Positions 17,519-23,246 of a DNA stretch of 24,000 nt are shown piece by piece. Every line of letters begins with the position of its first letter. The stretch's first letter is position 1. The position numbers and the translations under genes are program-made. A model generated the notes under the pieces. It saw only the letters and a program-made list of their open reading frames with translations, was not told where the DNA came from and made no database searches. This DNA comes from Zafaria sp. J156 (GTDB lineage: Bacteria > Actinomycetota > Actinomycetes > Actinomycetales > Micrococcaceae), in assembly GCF_036311985.1 (NCBI RefSeq), contig NZ_JAZDCJ010000028.1; one strand, 5' to 3'.

Positions 17519-17535
17519 TGGTTCGTGCTCCGTGG

Positions 17536-18402
17536 TCAGGCGCCGAAGACGCGCGCGGGGACGGTCTGCCATCCCACCCACGTCAGGACCGTCAGCAGGA
17601 CCGCGACGGCAGCGATGCCGGCCCATTGAACAGTGGCACGGTGCTTCCCCCGCGGCGCGTACGCCATGATCGCGGCGAGCGCCGCCCCGGTCGCCAGTCC
17701 GCCGACGTGGGCCTGCCACGAGACGTTGAGCCCCGGAATGAAGCCGATCACCAGGTTGATGCCGATGATCACGAGGATCGGCGTGAAGTTCCCCCCACGC
17801 GCCCGCATCACCACCAGCAGCGCGCCGAAGAGGCCGAAGACCGCACCGGAGGCGCCCACGACGCCGATCCTCGGGTCTTCGAGCATCAGCACGGCGACGG
17901 AACCGCCGAAGCCGGACAGGAGGTACAGCGCGAGGAAGCGGATCCGGCCCAGCATCGGCTCGAGCGCCTGGCCGATCACGAAGAGCGCGTACATGTTGAA
18001 CGCGATGTGCATCAGGAAGCTCGTCGAGTGCAGGAACGTGGCGGTCAGCATCCTCCACGGCTCGCTGCCGGTGTAGACCCCCGCGTAGAGCAGGCGGTCG
18101 GAGAGCGTGGGCAGCAGGAACTGTCCCAGGAACACCACCGCGCACAGGACCATGAGCGTGTAGGTCACCACGGGCCTGCCGTCCCGGGCGCGGCCGCCGA
18201 GGGCGGTGCGCTGGGTCGGCATCCGCTTCCGCGCCTCGTCGACGCAGTCTGCGCACTGCACGCCGACGGCCGCAGGACGCTGGCATTCGGGGCAGGCGGG
18301 GCGCCCGCAGCGCTGGCAGCGGACGTAGGAGGGGCGGTCCGGGTGTCGGGGGCAGACGGGGACCTGGCCCGCTGGCTGCTGCTCGGGAAGGCCGTAGGCC
18401 AT
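17536..18402 (-). CDS. Rhomboid-family intramembrane serine protease with N-terminal Cys-rich zinc-ribbon-like domain
   Basis: 288 aa. Rhomboid motifs WRMLTATFLH, HIAFNM, GASGAVFG (catalytic Ser) and AHVGG (catalytic His). The N-terminus has CPRH..CQRC..CPEC..CADC. ATG preceded by GGAG. Confidence 0.9.
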   Translation of the reverse strand: MAYGLPEQQPAGQVPVCPRHPDRPSYVRCQRCGRPACPECQRPAAVGVQCADCVDEARKRMPTQRTALGGRARDGRPVVTYTLMVLCAVVFLGQFLLPTLSDRLLYAGVYTGSEPWRMLTATFLHSTSFLMHIAFNMYALFVIGQALEPMLGRIRFLALYLLSGFGGSVAVLMLEDPRIGVVGASGAVFGLFGALLVVMRARGGNFTPILVIIGINLVIGFIPGLNVSWQAHVGGLATGAALAAIMAYAPRGKHRATVQWAGIAAVAVLLTVLTWVGWQTVPARVFGA

Positions 18403-18447
18403 GGGATCTCCTGCAGTGGAATCGTCGGTGGTTAAACGGAAGGGGTC

Positions 18448-18508
18448 CTGCCGCAGGTTCCATGGTCCCTGCGGCAGAACCCGCCGTGTTGCGCGGCCCT
18501 GGCCGCGC
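18448..18508 (-). terminator. Two stem-loops between ppiA and the rhomboid gene (terminator/attenuator candidates)
   Basis: Hairpin 1: GCGCGGC-cctg-GCCGCGC (18491-18508), 7 bp. Hairpin 2: CTGCCGCAGG-N10-CCTGCGGCAG (18448-18477), perfect 10 bp, followed on the minus strand by GACCCCUUCCGUUUAA. Confidence 0.45.
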
Positions 18509-18513
18509 CGTGA

Positions 18514-19059
18514 CTAGGCCTCGTCGATGTCGATCGAGGTGACGACGACGTCCTCGAGCGGCTTGTCGCGGCCGTCGGTCGGGACGGAATTCAGCTCGGC
18601 GACCAGCTTGCGCGAGGCCTCGTCGGTCACGTCGCCGAAGATCGTGTGCTTGCCCTGCAGCCACGTCGTCGGAACGGTCGTGATGAAGAACTGCGAGCCG
18701 TTGGTCCCGCGGCCCATCTGGATGCCGGCGTTGGCCATGGCCAGCTTGTACGGCTGGGTGAAGTCGAGGTCCGGGTTGATCTCGTCGTCGAAGCGGTAGC
18801 CCGGGCCGCCGACGCCCTGGCCCAGCGGGTCCCCGCCCTGGATCATGAAGTCGCTGATGATGCGGTGGAAGATCGTCCCGTTGTAGAGCGGGGTCCCGGT
18901 CTTCTCCTCGCCCGTCTCCGGGTGCACCCATTGCTGCTCGCCGGTGGAGAGGCCGATGAAGTTCTTGACCGTCTTCGGGGCGTGGTTGCCGAAGAGATTG
19001 ACCAGGATGTCGCCCCGGTTCGTGTGAATGGTGGCCTTGTGCGTGGGGATTGCAGTCAT
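18514..19059 (-). CDS. ppiA: Peptidyl-prolyl cis-trans isomerase, cyclophilin type (PpiA)
   Basis: 181 aa. HTNRGDILVNLFGNHAPKTVKNF...FHRIISDFMIQGGDP...GTNGSQFFIT...HTIFG is canonical cyclophilin. ATG at 19057-19059; an in-frame ATG at 19066-19068 is an alternative. The 327-aa track ORF is an upstream read-through. Confidence 0.9.
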   Translation of the reverse strand: MTAIPTHKATIHTNRGDILVNLFGNHAPKTVKNFIGLSTGEQQWVHPETGEEKTGTPLYNGTIFHRIISDFMIQGGDPLGQGVGGPGYRFDDEINPDLDFTQPYKLAMANAGIQMGRGTNGSQFFITTVPTTWLQGKHTIFGDVTDEASRKLVAELNSVPTDGRDKPLEDVVVTSIDIDEA

Positions 19060-19220
19060 GCGCCCCATTCTTCCACGACGCCCCCGCCCGCCTTGCTGAT
19101 CCGCTACGCGGACAGTGAACAACCGGGGAGCCCGGGCCGCATATGCCCCGGACGGAATAGCACGCCCGGGGGCCACGGCGTAGGCTAGGCCACGATGCTC
19201 CAACAAATCGGGAGGAACGT

Positions 19221-20171
19221 GTGAAGAAGACAGAACGCATTGCCCGCGACCTGGGAGAGACGGTCGGCAACGGAGTCGGCGAGGCCCGCGACTGGGCCGC
19301 ACCCCGCGTGGAGGCAGCCGTCCAGTGGGCCGTTCCCCGTCTGGAGAAGGGGATCGAGACCGCTTCGCCGAAGATCCAGGAGGGCCTGCACCGGGCCGCC
19401 ACGGAGATCGCCGACGGCGTCGCCCGCGTGACCCCGAAGATCCAGGAAGGCCTGGACAAGGTCGCTCCGAAGATCTCGCAGGTTGTCGACCAGGCATCGC
19501 CCAAGCTCCAGGAGACGCTCGACAAGGCGACGCCGGCCCTGCAGCATGCCCGCGACGTCGTGGTGAAGGACTACATCCCGGCCGCCAGCGCGAAGCTCGG
19601 CGAGGCCGCGGACTTCACCGCCCACAAGCTCGACTCCGCGCGCTTCCCGCTGCCGGTCCACCAGGCCGTCGCGAGCGTGACCGGTGACAAGAAGGCCCTC
19701 AAGCGCGCCCAGACGGCCGCCGCCGAGGCCGCCAAGCAGGCCTCGAAGCAGCTCAAGAAGGAGCAGGCCCGCAAGGGACGCAAGCGCGGACTGCTGATCT
19801 TCGGGATCATCGCGGCCGCTGCTGCGGCGGGCGTCGCCGCGTGGCGCGCCTCGAAGCCGGTCGAGGATCCGTGGAAGGCGCCGGCCCCGGTCGAGCCCGC
19901 CCCGGTCCCGTCCTCCTCGGCGGCCCCGACCTCCGCCACGGCCGATGTCCCCGCGGCGGATGCCGCCGCTGCCTCGGCGCCCGAGGCCCCGGAGACGGAG
20001 TCCACGGTCGAGGAGGTGCGCGCCCACCTTGAGGAGGCCGCCGCTCCGGAGGACGCCGGCGACGTCGACGCCGAGCTCGCGGCCGACGCTGCCGGGGAGG
20101 CCGAGGATGCCGCCCCGAAGCCCGGTCCCCGCGGCGGGCGCCGGGCCTCTTCGGAGGACACCGCCACGTAG
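19221..20171 (+). CDS. Hypothetical membrane-anchored protein with N-terminal 11-mer amphipathic repeats and an acidic Ala/Pro-rich tail
   Basis: GTG start 4 nt after GGAGGA. Repeats: ASPKIQEGLHR / VTPKIQEGLDK / VAPKISQVVDQ / ASPKLQETLDK / ATPALQHARDV. Basic stretch KKEQARKGRKRG, then TM helix LLIFGIIAAAAAAGVAAW. High GC3. I do not recognise a family with confidence. Confidence 0.75.
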   Translation: MKKTERIARDLGETVGNGVGEARDWAAPRVEAAVQWAVPRLEKGIETASPKIQEGLHRAATEIADGVARVTPKIQEGLDKVAPKISQVVDQASPKLQETLDKATPALQHARDVVVKDYIPAASAKLGEAADFTAHKLDSARFPLPVHQAVASVTGDKKALKRAQTAAAEAAKQASKQLKKEQARKGRKRGLLIFGIIAAAAAAGVAAWRASKPVEDPWKAPAPVEPAPVPSSSAAPTSATADVPAADAAAASAPEAPETESTVEEVRAHLEEAAAPEDAGDVDAELAADAAGEAEDAAPKPGPRGGRRASSEDTAT

Positions 20172-20200
20172 CACCCCGGAGGCCGCCAAGCGGTGGTCCG

Positions 20201-20236
20201 GGAAGGGGAGGCCTGTTGGCGCGGGCCTCCCCTTCC
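20201..20236 (+). terminator. Intrinsic-terminator-like hairpin after the 19221-20171 gene
   Basis: Perfect 13-bp stem GGAAGGGGAGGCC / GGCCTCCCCTTCC with a 10-nt loop, 30 nt after the stop. There is no U-tract; tail-less terminator hairpins have been described in high-GC actinobacteria. Confidence 0.6.
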
Positions 20237-20253
20237 GTGCGTCCGGGCGCTGG

Positions 20254-20268
20254 TAGATTGGCGCTGTG
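20254..20268 (+). promoter_or_regulatory. Candidate -10 (TAGATT) positioned for a leaderless GT2 transcript
   Basis: TAGATT (20254-20259) is followed by 6 nt and then the GTG start at 20266. No SD is present. This spacing fits the leaderless mRNAs common in actinobacteria. Pattern only. Confidence 0.35.
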
Positions 20269-21132
20269 ATTGAGGACCAACCCTTCGGCGGATCCGGGCC
20301 CTACAGGCCCGCCGTCTCGATCGTCATCCCCGCCTACAACGAGGAGAGCGTGATCAGGCAGTGCCTGGTCGCCGCGATCTACCAGACCGTACCCGCGCAC
20401 GAGGTGATCGTGGTGGACAACATGTCCACGGACGCCACGGCGGCCATCGTGACGCAGATGCAGGCGGAGTACCCGGAGGCCCCGATCCGGCTCGTCTCCC
20501 AGGACCGTGAGCAGGGGCTGATCCCGACCCGCAACTTCGGCCTCGCCCAGGCGAGCGGCGAGGTCCTGGGCCGCATCGACGCGGATTCCGTCCTCGAACC
20601 GGATTGGGTGGAACAGGTCTCCTCCGCCTTTATGGACCCGGAGGTCATGGCGGCCACGGGACCGGTCGTCTACTACGACATGCCCATGCGCCGCTGGGGC
20701 CTGAAGGCGGACGACAAGATGCGCCAGCTGGTCCTCAAGGTCGCCTACAAGCAGTACCACTTCCTCTTCGGTTCCAACATGGCGCTGCGGGCCTCCGCTT
20801 GGGCCGAGATCGCGGGCGAGGTCTGCCGCGACGAGGCGGACGAGTTCCACGAGGACATCGACATCTCGCTGCACCTGGCGGACCACGACCTGCTGATCCG
20901 CTACGTCCCGGCCATGGTCTCGGGGATGTCGGCACGCCGTCTCGAGGACTCGCCGAAGGACTACCGGTACTACGTCACGCGGTTCGACCGCACGTACAAG
21001 GCCCACCAGATCAACAAGCAGGTCCTGAAGATCCCGATGCTGATCTTCATGTCGATCTACTACCCGGCGAAGATGCTGCGCTACCTCCACACGGCGCGCA
21101 GTTCGCAGCCGGTGCGCCGCGGCGGCATCTGA
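20266..21132 (+). CDS. Family 2 glycosyltransferase
   Basis: VSIVIPAYNEESVIRQCL...VIVVDNMSTDAT...GRIDADS is a GT-A fold with a DxD-type motif. 288 aa. Confidence 0.85.
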   Translation: MIEDQPFGGSGPYRPAVSIVIPAYNEESVIRQCLVAAIYQTVPAHEVIVVDNMSTDATAAIVTQMQAEYPEAPIRLVSQDREQGLIPTRNFGLAQASGEVLGRIDADSVLEPDWVEQVSSAFMDPEVMAATGPVVYYDMPMRRWGLKADDKMRQLVLKVAYKQYHFLFGSNMALRASAWAEIAGEVCRDEADEFHEDIDISLHLADHDLLIRYVPAMVSGMSARRLEDSPKDYRYYVTRFDRTYKAHQINKQVLKIPMLIFMSIYYPAKMLRYLHTARSSQPVRRGGI

Positions 21133-21151
21133 GCCGAGCGGCAGCGTGACG

Positions 21152-22096
21152 TCAGTCGGCGCCGAGCCCGGGTTCGGCGAGGACGACGCCGGGGCCACGG
21201 CGCCGCTGTCCCCGCACGACGGCCACGAGGCCCGCGAGGATGAGCACGAGCCCGCCGTAGGTTCCCGCGGGCAGCCGCTCGCCCAGGAAGCCGGCGGCCA
21301 GGAGCGCCGCGGCGGGGATCTCGAGCAGGATGATCGTGGACACGGTGAGCGGACCGAGGGCGTTGAGCAGGTGGTTGAAGACGCTGTGGCCGAGGAGCTG
21401 GGCGCAGACGGTGAGCGCGATGATCCCGAGCCAGCCCTCGGGCGGGAAGCCCCACAGCGGTTCGTCGAAGACGAGGCACAGGGCCAGGAGGATCAGGGCC
21501 GTGAGGACGTAGCAGAGTCCGGTGTACGCGCCGGTCGACATCGTCTCGCGGGCCTTGGACCCCGCGAGCGTGTAGGCGCCAGCGAGCGCCCCGCCGACGA
21601 GGGCGAGGAGGTCTCCCCGCAGGGCCTCGGCCGAGCCGCCGAGGTCGAATCCGGTGATGACGACGACGCCGATGAAGGCCACCCCGATGCCGATGCCCAC
21701 GAGCGGCGGGAAGCGCACGCCGCGCAGCACCTGGAACAGGGCGATCCAGGCGGACTGGAGGCAGACGAGTGCGGTGGCGGCGGCGACGGACGTCATGCGG
21801 ATCGACGTCGTGAAGCAGACGAAGTGCAGGGCCAGCGCGAGGGCGGCCGCCGCGCTCCAGCCCCATTCACGCCGCCCCGCCCTGAGCAGGGAGGCGGGAC
21901 GGCGGACCAGGACGGGTGCGGCCATGACGACGCCGCCGATCGCGTTGCGCCAGAAGGCCATGGCCATCGGGGGCACGCTGGGTGTCGCGGCGATGAGCGG
22001 GCCGGACGCCCCGACGCCGAGGACGCCGATGGCCGCCAGGAGGAAGATCACCCCACCACTGTGCCACCGCCGCCGGGCGGCTGCGTCGTCGGACAC
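21152..22096 (-). CDS. EamA/DMT-superfamily transporter
   Basis: About ten TM helices with two EamA-like halves. The start is uncertain: GTG at 22094-22096 is preferred, and the track start (GTG at 22172-22174) would add 26 hydrophilic residues. Confidence 0.8.
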   Translation of the reverse strand: MSDDAAARRRWHSGGVIFLLAAIGVLGVGASGPLIAATPSVPPMAMAFWRNAIGGVVMAAPVLVRRPASLLRAGRREWGWSAAAALALALHFVCFTTSIRMTSVAAATALVCLQSAWIALFQVLRGVRFPPLVGIGIGVAFIGVVVITGFDLGGSAEALRGDLLALVGGALAGAYTLAGSKARETMSTGAYTGLCYVLTALILLALCLVFDEPLWGFPPEGWLGIIALTVCAQLLGHSVFNHLLNALGPLTVSTIILLEIPAAALLAAGFLGERLPAGTYGGLVLILAGLVAVVRGQRRRGPGVVLAEPGLGAD

Positions 22097-22222
22097 GATC
22101 CGTGACGCTTCTTCCCGCTTCCCGGTGCTCCCGTGCTCCGGAACCCGGCGAGTCGCATCGACCCGCCATGCCACGCTCGGGAGAAATGGGCAGTTGTCCT
22201 CGCGGATTCGATCGGGATGCGC

Positions 22223-22254
22223 GAAGGGCCCCGGGCTGCTGCCCGGGGCCCTTC
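22223..22254 (-). terminator. Strong hairpin downstream of tRNA-Ala (terminator of the tRNA unit)
   Basis: Perfect 13-14 bp stem GAAGGGCCCCGGG(C)/(G)CCCGGGGCCCTTC with a 4-6 nt loop, beginning 9 nt after the tRNA-Ala 3' end. No U-tract. Confidence 0.5.
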
Positions 22255-22262
22255 GTCGTCGG

Positions 22263-22335
22263 TGGAGGCAAGGGGACTCGAACCCCTAACCCCCTGCTTG
22301 CAAAGCAGGTGCGCTACCAATTGCGCCATGCCCCC
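22263..22335 (-). tRNA. tRNA-Ala (anticodon TGC)
   Basis: The minus strand GGGGGCATGGCGCAATTGGTAGCGCACCTGCTTTGCAAGCAGGGGGTTAGGGGTTCGAGTCCCCTTGCCTCCA folds as a 73-nt cloverleaf. The anticodon loop is TTTGCAA. The G3:U70 Ala identity pair is present. The 3' CCA is not fully encoded. Confidence 0.95.
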
Positions 22336-22343
22336 GTACGGGG

Positions 22344-22460
22344 CTAGTCCACCGAATCGGTCGACCGGCTCCAGGTGGACTTCTCCACCTCGGCATCCTT
22401 CCACTTATTGTAGGTAGCGATGCCCACGAGCGCGGCCGCGAGGAACAGCAGTCGTTTCAT
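22344..22460 (-). CDS. 38-aa small membrane-anchored protein between the two tRNA genes (possibly DLW-39 family)
   Basis: ATG at 22458-22460 follows GGAGGATCCCC. Product: MKRLLFLAAALVGIATYNKWKDAEVEKSTWSRSTDSVD. Stop TAG at 22344-22346. It is too short to appear in the ORF track. The family assignment is from memory of small actinobacterial proteins at this locus and is not verified. Confidence 0.6.
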   Translation of the reverse strand: MKRLLFLAAALVGIATYNKWKDAEVEKSTWSRSTDSVD

Positions 22461-22493
22461 GGGGATCCTCCCGGACCGTCAGTGGGGATTCCG

Positions 22494-22567
22494 TGGGCGT
22501 ACCAGGACTTGAACCTGGGACCTCTTCGTTATCAGCGAAGCGCTCTAACCGCCTGAGCTATACGCCC
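22494..22567 (-). tRNA. tRNA-Ile (anticodon GAT)
   Basis: The minus strand GGGCGTATAGCTCAGGCGGTTAGAGCGCTTCGCTGATAACGAAGAGGTCCCAGGTTCAAGTCCTGGTACGCCCA gives a complete 74-nt cloverleaf. The anticodon loop is CTGATAA. Confidence 0.95.
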
Positions 22568-22593
22568 TCACCGTCCCATCAGGACGAGATATG

Positions 22594-22623
22594 ACTTTAC
22601 CCGACGATTCCGCGGGAAAACAA
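22594..22623 (-). promoter_or_regulatory. Candidate promoter for the tRNA-Ile / small ORF / tRNA-Ala unit
   Basis: The minus strand reads TTGTTT (22618-22623), an 18-nt spacer, then TAAAGT (22594-22599). The -10 ends 26 nt upstream of the tRNA-Ile 5' end. The -35 overlaps the U-tail of the upstream terminator. Confidence 0.35.
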
Positions 22624-22653
22624 ATCGGCCGCCCCCCGTGCGGGGAGCGGCCG
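22615..22653 (-). terminator. Canonical rho-independent terminator after the DUF3566 gene
   Basis: The minus strand has a 12-bp stem (one G-U pair) CGGCCGCUCCCC-GCAC-GGGGGGCGGCCG, followed by AUUUGUUUUCC. It starts 15 nt after the stop codon. Confidence 0.75.
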
Positions 22654-22667
22654 AGGCGTTCCGCGGT

Positions 22668-23246
22668 TCAGTCGTCGGTCAGCGTGATGCCGATGCCGCC
22701 GACGAGCGTCGAGGAGATGTTGTAGAGCACGGCCGAGAGCATCGACAGCGCCGTGAGCAGGACGACGTTCACGACCGCGATGATCGTCGCGAAGGAGGCC
22801 ACCTGTCCGAGCGAGGCGAGCTCCTGGAGGTTGAAGCTGCTCTCGGTCCCGGCGACCTCGCGCAGCAGGTCGTTGACCCGGTCGAAGATGCCCGTGAGGT
22901 CCAGGACGGTCCAGAGCACGACGGCGGCGACGACGGTCACGATGCCGAGGGCCACGGAGAGCAGGAAGGACATCTTCAGCACGGACCAGGGATCGATCTT
23001 GCTGACGAGCAGGCGGGCCTTGCGGACCTTGGCCTTGGGCGCCGGGCGCACGAGCTGCTGGGGGCGCTGGGCCGGGCGCTGCCCCGCCGGACGCGGCTGT
23101 CCGGGGCGCTGCTGGGTTCCGGCGGGACGCTGTCCCTGCGCCGCCGGGCGCTGGCCGGACGGGGCCTGCCGCGGTGCGGCCGGACGGCCACCCGGCTGGG
23201 AGGCCGGGCGCTGCGCTCCCGGGCGCGGGGTGTTGGGGGTGCTCAC
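22668..23246 (-). CDS. DUF3566-domain membrane protein (Rv0007-like) with Pro/Gln/Arg-rich N-terminus
   Basis: GTG at 23244-23246 overlaps the gyrA stop (GTGA). The C-terminal half [30 protein letters not shown]...[16 protein letters not shown] is typical of DUF3566. Conserved position after gyrA. Confidence 0.85.
   Translation of the reverse strand: MSTPNTPRPGAQRPASQPGGRPAAPRQAPSGQRPAAQGQRPAGTQQRPGQPRPAGQRPAQRPQQLVRPAPKAKVRKARLLVSKIDPWSVLKMSFLLSVALGIVTVVAAVVLWTVLDLTGIFDRVNDLLREVAGTESSFNLQELASLGQVASFATIIAVVNVVLLTALSMLSAVLYNISSTLVGGIGITLTDD

Larger units (their letters stand above)
17067..17521. other. DnaA-box cluster embedded in a diverged duplicated composite module (A-B ... A'-B')
   Basis: Perfect boxes: TTATCCACA at 17087-17095 and 17359-17367, and TGTGGATAA at 17500-17508. 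Near-boxes: TGTGGATGA 17196-17204, TGTGGAAAT 17209-17217, TTGTTCACA 17235-17243, TGTGGATGG 17513-17521. The region is visibly lower in GC and has no credible coding frame. Confidence 0.6.

Noticed and set aside
17067-17521. Whether the repeats represent a CRISPR array, a MITE/IS remnant, or oriC itself
   Set aside because: CRISPR: there are only two copies of each unit, about 270-300 bp apart, and no cas genes. Mobile element: no terminal inverted repeats, target duplication or transposase. oriC: dnaA and dnaN are not adjacent, and the conserved layout places oriC beyond gyrA outside the window, although this cannot be proven from the window alone.
16945-17669. Small ORFs inside the DnaA-box intergenic region (94 aa minus; 65, 61 and 144 aa plus). 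Two similar peptides are encoded by the two B repeats (AFIHSVYNSHPCNS vs GFIHTVNNSHPCNS).
   Set aside because: There is no GC3 bias and no RBS. Where the two repeat copies can be compared within that shared frame, the DNA differences change the amino acid (A/G, S/T, Y/N). That is the opposite of purifying selection on a protein, so the repeat is treated as a DNA/RNA-level element.
17438-19525. 695-aa minus-strand ORF covering the rhomboid and ppiA genes and their spacer
   Set aside because: It runs in a different frame from the two genes with clear catalytic motifs and passes through the hairpin-rich spacer. Its Arg/Pro/Gly-rich product is a frame artefact.
19807-21198. 463-aa ORF antisense to the GT2 gene and to the tail of the repeat protein
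   Set aside because: The sense-strand GT2 motifs are clear. The antisense product is Arg/Pro/Asp-rich with no domain.
21081-22289. ORFs 21081-21866 (-), 21146-22105 (+) and 21654-22289 (+) overlapping the EamA transporter
   Set aside because: Only the 21152-22174 frame gives about ten hydrophobic helices. The others give charged low-complexity sequence.
22048-22417. Three track ORFs (118, 81 and 94 aa) crossing 22263-22335
   Set aside because: They run straight through a complete tRNA-Ala cloverleaf and a terminator hairpin, so they are not protein-coding.
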